Part shown: positions 30,648-39,619 of the stretch, piece by piece
How positions within the stretch are numbered: position 1 is the stretch's first letter
Layout: each line of letters begins with the position of its first letter
DNA from: an uncultured Thioalkalivibrio sp.
GTDB lineage: Bacteria; Pseudomonadota; Gammaproteobacteria; Steroidobacterales; XN24
Length of the DNA: 64,000 nucleotides
Reading direction: 5' to 3'
Assembly (NCBI GenBank): GCA_964462675.1
Contig: CAYWYS010000002.1
Coordinates: 42,110-106,109 of the forward strand
Made by a program: the position numbers and the translations under genes
Notes under the pieces: model-generated
The model's input: the letters and a program-made list of their open reading frames with translations, nothing else
The model's database searches: none
What the model was told of the DNA's origin: nothing

Positions 30648-32051
30648 TCAGAGCGTCTTCAAGTACTCGATGACCGCGCGCCGCTCCACGGCGCTCAGCG
30701 CGTCGCCGAACAGGTGGCCGCCATTGCCGTAGCCATGCCGGCTGGTGTCATAGATCGTGCGCGCATCGGCGGCGTCGGTCGCGCCCTCCTTGCCATGCTC
30801 GAGCGCCTCGTAACGCCAGCCGAGCGCATCCTCGTCGTACTCCCGCGGCGCTCCCAAATGACGCCAGAAGCCTGGTCGCCGGCTGCTGTCCAGCAGCGCG
30901 GCGATGCTCGGCACCGATTCGTTGTGCAGGTACGGTGCGGTCGCCCAGACGCCGTCGAGCGGGGGCGCGACATAGCCGCGCGCGGGCCGGGCCTGCGCGG
31001 TCCTGCCGTAGAACGAAGCGTTGAACCAGCGGATGAAGCGCTCGGCGTCGACTGCCTGCTCGGCGTAGGCCGGATCCGTGCCGATCTGCTCGAGCGGCAC
31101 GACGAGGTTGGGGTACGTCCACTGCTCGCCGTAAGTGCCGTGGCAGGCCGCGCAATGCTGCTCGAACACGCCCCGACCCTGTGCGGCCAGGGCCGCGTCC
31201 AGGGCATACGGCCAGCGCGGCGGCTCGATGCTTGCGATGAATGCGCGCACGTGCGTGAACCACTCGTCGATCATCTGCGCCTCGGCCAGGTCGTCGGTGC
31301 AGACGAGGGACTTCAGCATCATGAAGGGCACCTGATCTCCCTGGCCGCCGCCGTGATGGAACATCGCGTGCTTCTTCTGCATGCGCCACCAGGGCGGCAC
31401 GGCCGTGGGCAGCGGCGCGCGCGGCGGCAGGTCCAGCCTCGGCTCCGCATGCCATTGCAGCGTGCCTGGGTCGCGATGCGCCATCAGCGCCATCGTCAGG
31501 TTTGGCGCCGGATTGACGCCGACCGTATCGGTCACCATGTACGGCGCGATGGCAGCGATGCGGTCCGCCCAGCGGCGCCAGGCCTCGGCCGGCGCTCCGT
31601 CATCGACCAGCAGGCCGATACGCTCGATCGTGTGCATCGGATCGGTCGTGAAGTCCGCGAAGGCGTTGCCCAGCCCGATGACCAGCTTGCCGTCGAAGCG
31701 GCCGCCGTGGCACGCGAGGCAATTGCTGACGACCAGCTCGATGCCGTTCGCGTCGATCGTCGCGTTGAGGTCGTATGGCAGCTCGGCGTTGCGGCCGTGC
31801 CGCCCGGCAAGCTCAGGATCGGGCGCGCGTCCGGCGCCGCTGGCGGCATAGGCGGCGTACGGCACGCCGCAACTGACGTAACCGCGGTTGACCAGGATCT
31901 CGTAACCGAGATCAGGATCTCCCTGCCGCTGCGCGGCGGCAGGCAACGGACCGGGTGCGCCCAGCTCTACCGGCGGCTGGTCGCCTCGCCCGCAGCCGGC
32001 CAGCACTGCGGCCAAGACGGCCACGCCAAGCCACTCCCGATGCACGCTCAT
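30648..32051 (-). CDS. Diheme c-type cytochrome lipoprotein, RoxA/cytochrome c peroxidase-related
   Basis: Lipobox LAGC; CLACH and CAACH; C-terminal 'APPLDGVWATAPYLHNESVPS' and 'GNGGH.FG..L...ERRAVIEYLKTL'. Confidence 0.8.
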   Translation of the reverse strand: MSVHREWLGVAVLAAVLAGCGRGDQPPVELGAPGPLPAAAQRQGDPDLGYEILVNRGYVSCGVPYAAYAASGAGRAPDPELAGRHGRNAELPYDLNATIDANGIELVVSNCLACHGGRFDGKLVIGLGNAFADFTTDPMHTIERIGLLVDDGAPAEAWRRWADRIAAIAPYMVTDTVGVNPAPNLTMALMAHRDPGTLQWHAEPRLDLPPRAPLPTAVPPWWRMQKKHAMFHHGGGQGDQVPFMMLKSLVCTDDLAEAQMIDEWFTHVRAFIASIEPPRWPYALDAALAAQGRGVFEQHCAACHGTYGEQWTYPNLVVPLEQIGTDPAYAEQAVDAERFIRWFNASFYGRTAQARPARGYVAPPLDGVWATAPYLHNESVPSIAALLDSSRRPGFWRHLGAPREYDEDALGWRYEALEHGKEGATDAADARTIYDTSRHGYGNGGHLFGDALSAVERRAVIEYLKTL

Positions 32052-32085
32052 GCCCTCGATCTCCCCGTTGCGCCATGCGCCTTGA

Positions 32086-33168
32086 TCATGGCGCGGTGAA
32101 GTTGCTCAGCGCCAGCAAGCCCCAGGCGTCGTCGTCGCCTCCGACGCGCATCACGCCCGCCCACGATCCATCGAGCGCGAGCCCGTGGCGCGTCGACAGC
32201 GGCGTCAAGCGCAGCGCCGGCTGGCCCGCGGACGTCGCCACTGTCCAGCCTAGCGGAAAACGCTGGCCCGAAATGCTGCGCCAGCCCTCGGGCTCGGGCG
32301 TCACGACCGGTGCCGGCGTGGCACCGGGCCACGTGAGGCATTCGACCAATGGCGTTCCGCCACCGCCGCGCCGCTGCAGATGTTCGCAGCGCATGGCCTG
32401 ACCATCGCCCTGTTCGAGCCACAAGCGAGCCAGCGACAGCTGCCCCCTGCCAGCCGGCAGCCCGCGACCCCACAGCCGGTCGAGCATCGCCCGGCCGGTG
32501 ACCGGCGTGCTGCGGCCATCAATGACCATGTGCCCATCGACGCCGAGTCCGGGCCACCAGTAACCCCGATAGACCGACCCGTCGACCGGCATCGGCGCAG
32601 AGTCGGGCAGCTCGATGCGAAGCTCCAGCGCGCCCTCCGCGGCCGTGGCGCGCAGCTCGAAGTGCCGGTTCGTGTCACTGAGCGCCAGCGACCAGTCCTC
32701 GACCCACGCGCGCGCGGGCGCGCTGCCGGCACCGGCCAGGCCGAGCGCGTCCCGGCTCAGCCGTTCAGCCGATGTCACGGGTCCGACCGCGGGCTCGATC
32801 GAAAGCCTCGCCCGGTAGACATTGCGCGTGGCCCATGCGGAGCTGCGTGCGGCCGGCTCGGCCGGCAACGCGACCCGCTGGAACACCAGCTGGAAGCCAT
32901 GACGCTGGCCTTCCGCATCGCGCACCACCCCGGCGAACAACCAGGACTCGGCGAACTGATCGGGTTTCGCGCCGTGGTCACGCGGCCACGACAGTGCCGC
33001 ATCTCCAGGCGCCGGAAAACTTCCCGCCAGCGCATCGAGCCCCTCGAAGGCTCGCTCGCCGGCGGGCGCACGGTTTCGCCCATCATCGCCGCTCCACCAG
33101 CGCATGCCGGCGCCGGCGGCAGCGAACAACAGGAGCGCTGCGAACGCCAATAAACCGCGCTTTGACAT
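32086..33168 (-). CDS. AttH/CrtC-like lipocalin-fold protein
   Basis: 'SWPRDHGAKPDQFAESWLFAG', 'GFQLVFQR', 'ERLSR..LGLAGA', 'AWVEDWSL'; N-terminal anchor. Confidence 0.75.
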   Translation of the reverse strand: MSKRGLLAFAALLLFAAAGAGMRWWSGDDGRNRAPAGERAFEGLDALAGSFPAPGDAALSWPRDHGAKPDQFAESWLFAGVVRDAEGQRHGFQLVFQRVALPAEPAARSSAWATRNVYRARLSIEPAVGPVTSAERLSRDALGLAGAGSAPARAWVEDWSLALSDTNRHFELRATAAEGALELRIELPDSAPMPVDGSVYRGYWWPGLGVDGHMVIDGRSTPVTGRAMLDRLWGRGLPAGRGQLSLARLWLEQGDGQAMRCEHLQRRGGGGTPLVECLTWPGATPAPVVTPEPEGWRSISGQRFPLGWTVATSAGQPALRLTPLSTRHGLALDGSWAGVMRVGGDDDAWGLLALSNFTAP

Positions 33169-33222
33169 GAACCGCCTTCCGTCGGGGCTACAGTGTATAT
33201 CGCTTCGCGCGAACGGGCCGAT

Positions 33223-33696
33223 TCAGCGCGCGGCCTTGCGACGGACGTAAAGCGTCTTCGCGACGCGCGCGATCGCCTGTCCGGCCTCGTCGCGCACCTC
33301 TACCGTCCAGGTCGGCTGGAACTTCCCTCCGTCCGCGGTGCCCTCGAGCACGGCCGCGATCATTTCCGGCGTCAGCTCGAACAGCGCCGTCACGCGGCCG
33401 CGTCCGGGCTGCAGGAAATCGATGTGCGCGGAGCGATCCCAGACGATGTAGTCCGGGCCGAGGTTGTGCGCGAGCATGAGGGCGAAGAACGGGTCGGTCA
33501 TCGCATACAGGCTGCCGCCGAAATGCGTGCCGAAATAGTTCCGGTTGTACCAGTGCAGGCCCATGTGCACCGCGACGCGGCGCCTGTCGCTGGCGATGCT
33601 GCGGACGGTGATGCCCGTTATCAGGTACGGCGGATCGAGATTGAGGAGCAACTGCTGCGCGAACGGCGATTGCAGCGCGCGCACGTAGCGGTTCAT
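33223..33696 (-). CDS. Hot-dog fold thioesterase-like protein (DUF4442/YiiD type)
   Basis: 'NRNYFGTHFGGSLYAMTDPF', 'VWDRSAHIDFLQPG'. Confidence 0.88.
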   Translation of the reverse strand: MNRYVRALQSPFAQQLLLNLDPPYLITGITVRSIASDRRRVAVHMGLHWYNRNYFGTHFGGSLYAMTDPFFALMLAHNLGPDYIVWDRSAHIDFLQPGRGRVTALFELTPEMIAAVLEGTADGGKFQPTWTVEVRDEAGQAIARVAKTLYVRRKAAR

Positions 33697-34469
33697 GACG
33701 GCGCGCAGTCCGGCACCGGGAAGGCGAAGCGACGCGCCGCGGGACGCTCGAACGGCTGCCAGGCGTCCTCCGGCTGGGCGAGCCGGTCTGCGATCGCCCA
33801 CAGCGCCATCGGGTTGTGCCCGAGGCCGCAATGGCTGCCATGAACGCGGATGTTCTCGGTCGTCGGCGACGGCCGCTCGAGCGAGCAGCGCCAATGCACG
33901 ACGCCGTCGGAGCGGGTGTAGATCGAGCTCGACGGCACCGGCGGGGGCTGCGACAGGCGCGCCAGCAGGCGCGGATCCATCTGTGCCTCGCGCTGCCCGC
34001 TGACGTCCTCGTAGAGCAGTGTCACGGTCGTGCCGGTGTGATGTCGGAACGGCGTGCCGAGCGTGATCACGAGACGCACATCGCCGGGCGCCAGCCAGGC
34101 CAGCTCGCGCGCATACAGCCCGCCGAGACTCCAGCCGATCACGCTGACCTTGCGGCCATAGCGAAGCCTGAGCTCGCGCAAGCGCGCCAGCAGCTGCTCC
34201 TCTTTCTCGCCGACGCCGCCGAGATTCCGGCCGAGCTTCCAGCGATGCGCCGCGTAGCCGAGCGACTTCAGGAACTGGCGCAGCGGGAAGGTGGAGCTGC
34301 CGCTCGCGAGAAATCCAGGCAACACCAGCACTGGATGGCCGTCGCCGGCCGGCGCCTGCCTGAGCAGCGGGTACACCCAGGCCATCGCACCGAGCTCCAG
34401 CAGCGCGCGCGCCTCCAGCAACTGCCAGATCAACGACGGAGGACCGGGCTCCTCCTCAGCGGGCGCCAT
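33693..34469 (-). CDS. Alpha/beta hydrolase (lipase/esterase-like)
   Basis: 'HPVLVLPGF', nucleophile GWSLGG, 'SIYTRSDGVV', 'GSHCGLGHN'. Confidence 0.9.
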   Translation of the reverse strand: MAPAEEEPGPPSLIWQLLEARALLELGAMAWVYPLLRQAPAGDGHPVLVLPGFLASGSSTFPLRQFLKSLGYAAHRWKLGRNLGGVGEKEEQLLARLRELRLRYGRKVSVIGWSLGGLYARELAWLAPGDVRLVITLGTPFRHHTGTTVTLLYEDVSGQREAQMDPRLLARLSQPPPVPSSSIYTRSDGVVHWRCSLERPSPTTENIRVHGSHCGLGHNPMALWAIADRLAQPEDAWQPFERPAARRFAFPVPDCAPS

Positions 34470-35937
34470 CTGCCGCCTTGCGCCTGCGGCGCGTGCCATG
34501 CGATGCGACTGCTGGTCCCGGCACAGCGGCCACGACAGCATCCCGGAGCTCCGCGAAACTTGCGCGGATGTCTTCGACGAACCGCTGGAGGTCGGGGGCC
34601 GCCTCGTGGGCCGCCGTCGCGCTGATCGTGAGCATGTCGAGGTAGCTGGTGACGACGAGGATCAGGCCGAGCCCGTCGATGACCGGCGCCGTGCCGTAGC
34701 CCTCCAGCAGTCTCGCAGTGCCGAGGTAGAGGGGCTCGCGCGGGCCCGGCACGTTGGTAATGACGAGGTTGAAGGGCGGCCTGTGATAACGCGCCAGGTG
34801 CAGCCCGGAATAGAGTCCCGCGGCAGCCGTCGCCAGCGAGTAAGGCACGAAACTCGATGTGTCGGCGAGCGTCCGGGCGCCGATGGCCTGCGTGTAGGCC
34901 TTGCTGTCGATGGCGTGCTCGTGGATGCGCTTGAGGCGCTCGAGCGGACTGCGCGTCCCGACCTCGAGCGGAATCAGCATCGCGGAGACACGATTGCCGC
35001 CATGCCCGACTTCATTGCGGATCGAGATTGGCGCCATCGCCACCAGGTCCTTTTCCGGCAGGCCGCCATAGGCCTGCAGGTAGCGGCGCAAGCCGCCGCT
35101 GCACACCGCGAGCACGACGTCGTTGACCGTCGCGCCGCTGACCGCCCCGCGAATCGCGCGAATATCGCTGAGCGGCAATGTCGCCGCGTCGAAGCAGCGG
35201 CGCGAACTGATCGGCACGTTGAAGGGGCTGCGTGGCGCCTGGAACAGCATTGGCGGCGCATGATGGTCGCGCGCGATGAACTCCCGCCCGGCGCCGAGCC
35301 CGCCGCGGAGCATGCTGGCCGCCCAGCTGAGCGCCTGGACCGGTTGGCTGAACGCGCCGCCAAAGCTGCGCTTCAGCAAGCCGAACGCCCCCGGCACCGG
35401 TTCGGCCGCGGCTTGCCGGATCGCGACTCGCTTGCGCGCCCGCCGGCGCGGCTCGGCACTCCAGACTGCATTGAACATGTCGAGCGTGCCGAGACCGTCC
35501 GCGGCTGCGTGATGCACCCGCGAGATCACGGCGAAACTGCCGGGCGGATACTGCCCGGAAACGTCCAGGCCTGACACGAAGGTCAGGTGCCAAAGGGGAC
35601 GCTCCGGGTCAAGAGGACGCGAAAAGGTCCGCTGGGCGAGCTCCCGCAACCGCGTCCAGTCGCCGGGCCGGGGCAACGCCGAGTGCTGCAGATGCAGGTC
35701 CAGGTCGAAGTGCGGATCCTCGATCCAGAACGGCCGGCCCAGGCGCAGCGGCACCTGCACGAGTCGGCGCCGGAACACCGGCGAGCTGTCGAGGGAGGCC
35801 TCGATATGCGCGCGAAAATCGTCGAAATTGAAGCGGCCCTTGACGGGCTGATAGATGTGCACTCCACCGACATGCATCGGCGAACTGCGCGAATCGAGGT
35901 AAATGAACGCGGCGTCGAGGCCGGAAAGCTGCTCCAT
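34456..35937 (-). CDS. Wax ester synthase / diacylglycerol acyltransferase (WS/DGAT)
   Basis: 'LSGLDAAFIYL..SPMHVG', catalytic HHAAADG, 'TVNDVVLA', 'NLVITNVPGP'. Confidence 0.95.
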   Translation of the reverse strand: MEQLSGLDAAFIYLDSRSSPMHVGGVHIYQPVKGRFNFDDFRAHIEASLDSSPVFRRRLVQVPLRLGRPFWIEDPHFDLDLHLQHSALPRPGDWTRLRELAQRTFSRPLDPERPLWHLTFVSGLDVSGQYPPGSFAVISRVHHAAADGLGTLDMFNAVWSAEPRRRARKRVAIRQAAAEPVPGAFGLLKRSFGGAFSQPVQALSWAASMLRGGLGAGREFIARDHHAPPMLFQAPRSPFNVPISSRRCFDAATLPLSDIRAIRGAVSGATVNDVVLAVCSGGLRRYLQAYGGLPEKDLVAMAPISIRNEVGHGGNRVSAMLIPLEVGTRSPLERLKRIHEHAIDSKAYTQAIGARTLADTSSFVPYSLATAAAGLYSGLHLARYHRPPFNLVITNVPGPREPLYLGTARLLEGYGTAPVIDGLGLILVVTSYLDMLTISATAAHEAAPDLQRFVEDIRASFAELRDAVVAAVPGPAVASHGTRRRRKAADGAR

Positions 35938-36027
35938 CAGTTCTGCTGTCCCCTGGCGTTGAATGCCGATTATGCGCGGACGGCCGGCGCTAGCAAAGAA
36001 ACGCGCCAAGGGCCGCTCGCACGGCGA

Positions 36028-37662
36028 CTATCGCGCGCCGGCGGGGCGCTGCAGCCCGGCGATGACAGGAGCGTCGTGGCGCTCGTGCCCCTGCCGGAAC
36101 GACACGATGCCGTCCACTTCCACCCAGGCCGACCAGTGCGCATAAATCACCGGCACTGCGAACCCCAGCGTCAGGGTGCGCGGCACGCCACCGGTCAGCG
36201 CCGCACCCAGGGTTTCGGCCGTCCACGTCTCAGGCGGCCCCGCCAGCGCGCGGGCGAGCAGCACGGGATTGCCAAGGCGGATCGAGCCCGGCAGCGTCTC
36301 GCCCTCGCCCGGGCCGCCATGCACGAAAATCTGTGCCGGGTTCGGCATCGGGAAGCGCAGGACGCCCAGGAAACTACGCGGTCCCGGCAGCTGGCGCACG
36401 ATCAGGCCCGCCGGCCGCGCCCAGTCAGCCCGGGCCGCGTCGAGCTCGGCGCCCGCCTGGTCGAACACCTGCAGCCCGCGCGCGCCCAGTTCGCCGGGAG
36501 TGCGGCGGGCCAGTGGCGCAACCTGCGTCTCGACCAGGCGCTGCGGCAACACCCAGTCGGGGTGGACCACGATGAAGCGCATCTCGGCGCGGAACTCCGC
36601 CGCGTCGCGGGCCGCCGGCGCAAACTCGGCCGGCAGCGCAACAATGGGCTGGCTGTTATCCATCAGCACCACCTGCCCGCCTGCGGGATCGAGCATCAGG
36701 AACCGGCCGCGCACTTCGGCCAGCAGCCAACGGGCGCGCTCGAGGTTGGCCCGAAGCAGGTCGATCCGTTCCTCGACCGGCCGATTCAGCGCCCTGACGG
36801 AAGCCGGCCCGAACACGCCGTCCGCCTCGAGCTGATGGCGCGCCTGGTACCGGCGCAACGCCTCTTCCAGCGCAGGCTCGAAGCGGGGCGAATCGACGAC
36901 GATCCCAGGAAAATCGCCTGTCATTGCGAGTCGCCGGCGCAGCAGGACGACGCGCGCGTCGTCCATGCCCTGCTGCAGCACGCGTCCGGACGGGATGGTT
37001 TCCCAACCGCCCGCCTGCTCGATCACACGATAGCGGGCGAGCACAGACTTGAGGCGCCCGTAGATCGGCTGGACCGGGCGCATGTCGCCGAGCTTGATCG
37101 CGAGACCGCCGCCGGCCGCCATCCTCGCCACGATCGCGGCGCCGGGCTCACCCCGCACAGTCGCCGGGAGGTCCCAGCGCGGCTGCCTGGTCGCCGGATC
37201 GAGCTTGCCGAGATGAAAGTGGGTCGCAAGCCGGACCAGCGCGTCGGACAGCAGCAGGTCGGCGGCCACGGCCGCCGCCGGGCTGTCGGGTTCCCGCGCG
37301 CGGCGCTCCAGCGCGAGGCGGAGCGACTCGAAATGGTAATCGGCCGGATTCAGCCCGTCGCCGCCGACTGCCGCGATCTCGCCCAGCAAAGCTTCTTCGT
37401 TGGCGGCGTCGTTCCACAGCAGCCTGAATCCGCGTGCCTCGTAGATCTCCGGCAGCGTGCGGGCGGACAGCACCGCTTGGCCGGCGACCGTGAGCCGGCC
37501 GGTGCTCTGCAATTGCTCGACCGACCGCCGCAGCGTCTCGACGGTCTCGGCCGCGTCCGGCGCGGCGCCGGCGAAGTGCGGCCAGCAACCGGCGGCGAGC
37601 AAGGCCGCCAGCATGCCGGCCCAGCGCGCGGCCCGGTCGCTTTGCCGGCGCTCAGTCCGCAC
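36028..37662 (-). CDS. YcbB/LdtD-like L,D-transpeptidase homolog lacking the catalytic Cys
   Basis: Scaffold domain 'GLNPADYH', PG-binding domain 'ALRRYQARHQLEADGVFG', 'NLERARW'; the active-site region reads HGG...GSIRL instead of H...GCIR. Confidence 0.8.
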   Translation of the reverse strand: MRTERRQSDRAARWAGMLAALLAAGCWPHFAGAAPDAAETVETLRRSVEQLQSTGRLTVAGQAVLSARTLPEIYEARGFRLLWNDAANEEALLGEIAAVGGDGLNPADYHFESLRLALERRAREPDSPAAAVAADLLLSDALVRLATHFHLGKLDPATRQPRWDLPATVRGEPGAAIVARMAAGGGLAIKLGDMRPVQPIYGRLKSVLARYRVIEQAGGWETIPSGRVLQQGMDDARVVLLRRRLAMTGDFPGIVVDSPRFEPALEEALRRYQARHQLEADGVFGPASVRALNRPVEERIDLLRANLERARWLLAEVRGRFLMLDPAGGQVVLMDNSQPIVALPAEFAPAARDAAEFRAEMRFIVVHPDWVLPQRLVETQVAPLARRTPGELGARGLQVFDQAGAELDAARADWARPAGLIVRQLPGPRSFLGVLRFPMPNPAQIFVHGGPGEGETLPGSIRLGNPVLLARALAGPPETWTAETLGAALTGGVPRTLTLGFAVPVIYAHWSAWVEVDGIVSFRQGHERHDAPVIAGLQRPAGAR

Positions 37663-39619
37663 GGCGATGCACCAGCAGGAAGAACCACGCGGCGAAACAA
37701 GCGAACGCGACCAATCCGACCAGCGTGGCCAATGCATCGCTGCCGAGCCAGCCGGTGCCGATCCCCAGTGGGCGCCGCCCGAGCACGAAAGCCGTGCCGG
37801 CGATACCGACGCCGAGCAGGCCCTCGCCGCCGACAAAGCCGCTGCCGAGCAAGATGCCCCGCTCGCGCCGATCGCCCGACTCGTCCGTGCCGGCCGCGCT
37901 GCGCTCCGCCCACCAGCGCAACAGCCCGCCAAGGAAAATCGGCGTCATGGTCGAGACCGGCAGGTAGACACCCACGGCAAACGGCAATGACGGGATCTTC
38001 AGCAGCTCGCAGCCCACCGCGATGCCGATCCCGAGCGCCACCAGCCCCCAGGGCAGCGACTGGTCGAGCACGCCATCGATGACCAGTTTCATCAGCGTCG
38101 CCTGCGGGGCCGGCAGCTCCACGCTGCCGAAGCCGAAGGTCTCGGCCAGCAGCAGCACTGCCATGCAGACGAACACCGCGGCGGTCAGCACCCCGACGAG
38201 CTCCCCGACCTGCTGGCGGCGCGGCGTCGCGCCGAGCAGGTAGCCGGTCTTGAGGTCCTGCGAGGTGTCGCCGGAAATCGACGCCGCGATTGCGACGACG
38301 CAACCCACGGTGAGGGCAGCGGCCTTGCCGCTGAGATCAGTCCAGCCCATCGCGAGAAAAATGCCCGAGGTCCCGAGCAGCGCGGCGATGGTCATGCCGC
38401 TGGTTGGATTGCTGGTGACACCGACGAGGCCGACGATGCGCGACGCCACCGTGACGAAGAAAAATGCGAATACCGCGACGCAGACCGCTGCCACCACCCG
38501 ATGGCCGGGGCCGCCGACGTCGCCGAACGGCACCGGCACAAACGCCAGCGTGGCGATGACCAGCAGCACACCGATGCCGATCACCTTCAACGGCAGGTCC
38601 AGGCTGGTCCGGGGCACCGCGACCGGGTGCTCGCCGCGCTGGCGCCGCAGCTGCCCGAAGCCGATGCGGAAACTGTCGACCATGACAGGCATGCTGCGCA
38701 CCAGCGTGATGATGCCGGCCGCCGCCACGGCGCCGGCGCCGATGTAGCGCACGTATCGGCTCCAGAGCTGCGCCGGACTCATGTCGGTCATCAGCAGTAC
38801 CGTCTCCGGGTACAACGGCAGCGCGCGACCGGCGCCCCACCAGTCGAGCAACGGGATGATCACCAGCCAGGACAGCAGCCCGCCGCCAACCATGACCGCG
38901 GCGATCCGGGGACCCAGGATGAAGCCGACGCCGAACAGCGCCGGCGACAGGTCCATGCCCAGCTCTGCCTTGCGCGGCCAAGGCAGGCGCCAGTGCACTG
39001 CGTCCGGAATCGCCCGTGCCCAGGAGGTCAGCGCCTTGAAAGCGGCACCCGCCGCAAGACCGAAGAACACGAAACGCGCATTGCCGCCGCCGACCTCGTT
39101 CGCGACGAGCACCTCGGCGCAGGCGGTGCCCTCCGGGTACGGCAGCTTGCCGTGCTCGCGCTCGATCAGGAAGCGCCGCAGCGGCACCATGAACAGGATG
39201 CCGAGCAGGCCGCCGCACATCGCCAGCATCGTCATCTGCAGCAGCGTCGGCGAGAGCCCCCAGAGAAACAGGGCCGGCAGCGTGAAAATGATGCCGCTGG
39301 CCAGCGAGCTGGAGGCGGAGCCGACGGTCTGCGACAGGTTGGCCTCGAGAATCGTGCCCTTGCGCCCGGCGGCTTCCAGCGCGCGGAACACGGCCACGGT
39401 CATCACCGCGACCGGGATCGACGTGCTGATCGTCAGGCCGGCACGCAGGCCGAGATAGGCGTTCGCGGCGCCGAAAATGATGCCGAAGACGATGCCGAGG
39501 CCGATGGCCTTGAGCGTGAATTCCTGCAGGTTCGCCGCTGCCGGCACATAGGGCTCGAACGGCCGCCCCGGCTGCGGCGGCTCGAACGCGCCTGGCCCGA
39601 GGCCGCGCCGCTCACTCAC
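37652..39619 (-). CDS. OPT-family oligopeptide transporter
   Basis: 'ANAYLGLRAGLTISTSIP', 'YPEGTACAEVL', 'SQDLKTGYLLGATPRRQQ', 'APQATLM'. Confidence 0.95.
   Translation of the reverse strand: MSERRGLGPGAFEPPQPGRPFEPYVPAAANLQEFTLKAIGLGIVFGIIFGAANAYLGLRAGLTISTSIPVAVMTVAVFRALEAAGRKGTILEANLSQTVGSASSSLASGIIFTLPALFLWGLSPTLLQMTMLAMCGGLLGILFMVPLRRFLIEREHGKLPYPEGTACAEVLVANEVGGGNARFVFFGLAAGAAFKALTSWARAIPDAVHWRLPWPRKAELGMDLSPALFGVGFILGPRIAAVMVGGGLLSWLVIIPLLDWWGAGRALPLYPETVLLMTDMSPAQLWSRYVRYIGAGAVAAAGIITLVRSMPVMVDSFRIGFGQLRRQRGEHPVAVPRTSLDLPLKVIGIGVLLVIATLAFVPVPFGDVGGPGHRVVAAVCVAVFAFFFVTVASRIVGLVGVTSNPTSGMTIAALLGTSGIFLAMGWTDLSGKAAALTVGCVVAIAASISGDTSQDLKTGYLLGATPRRQQVGELVGVLTAAVFVCMAVLLLAETFGFGSVELPAPQATLMKLVIDGVLDQSLPWGLVALGIGIAVGCELLKIPSLPFAVGVYLPVSTMTPIFLGGLLRWWAERSAAGTDESGDRRERGILLGSGFVGGEGLLGVGIAGTAFVLGRRPLGIGTGWLGSDALATLVGLVAFACFAAWFFLLVHRRAD

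Noticed and set aside
35587-38082. 831 aa + strand ORF, and similar long ORFs at 40097-42097, 49744-52233, 26948-28936, 22772-24478, 15575-17371 and 4680-6410
   Set aside because: Each is antisense to a well-supported gene and has no motifs; long shadow frames are expected in high-GC DNA.
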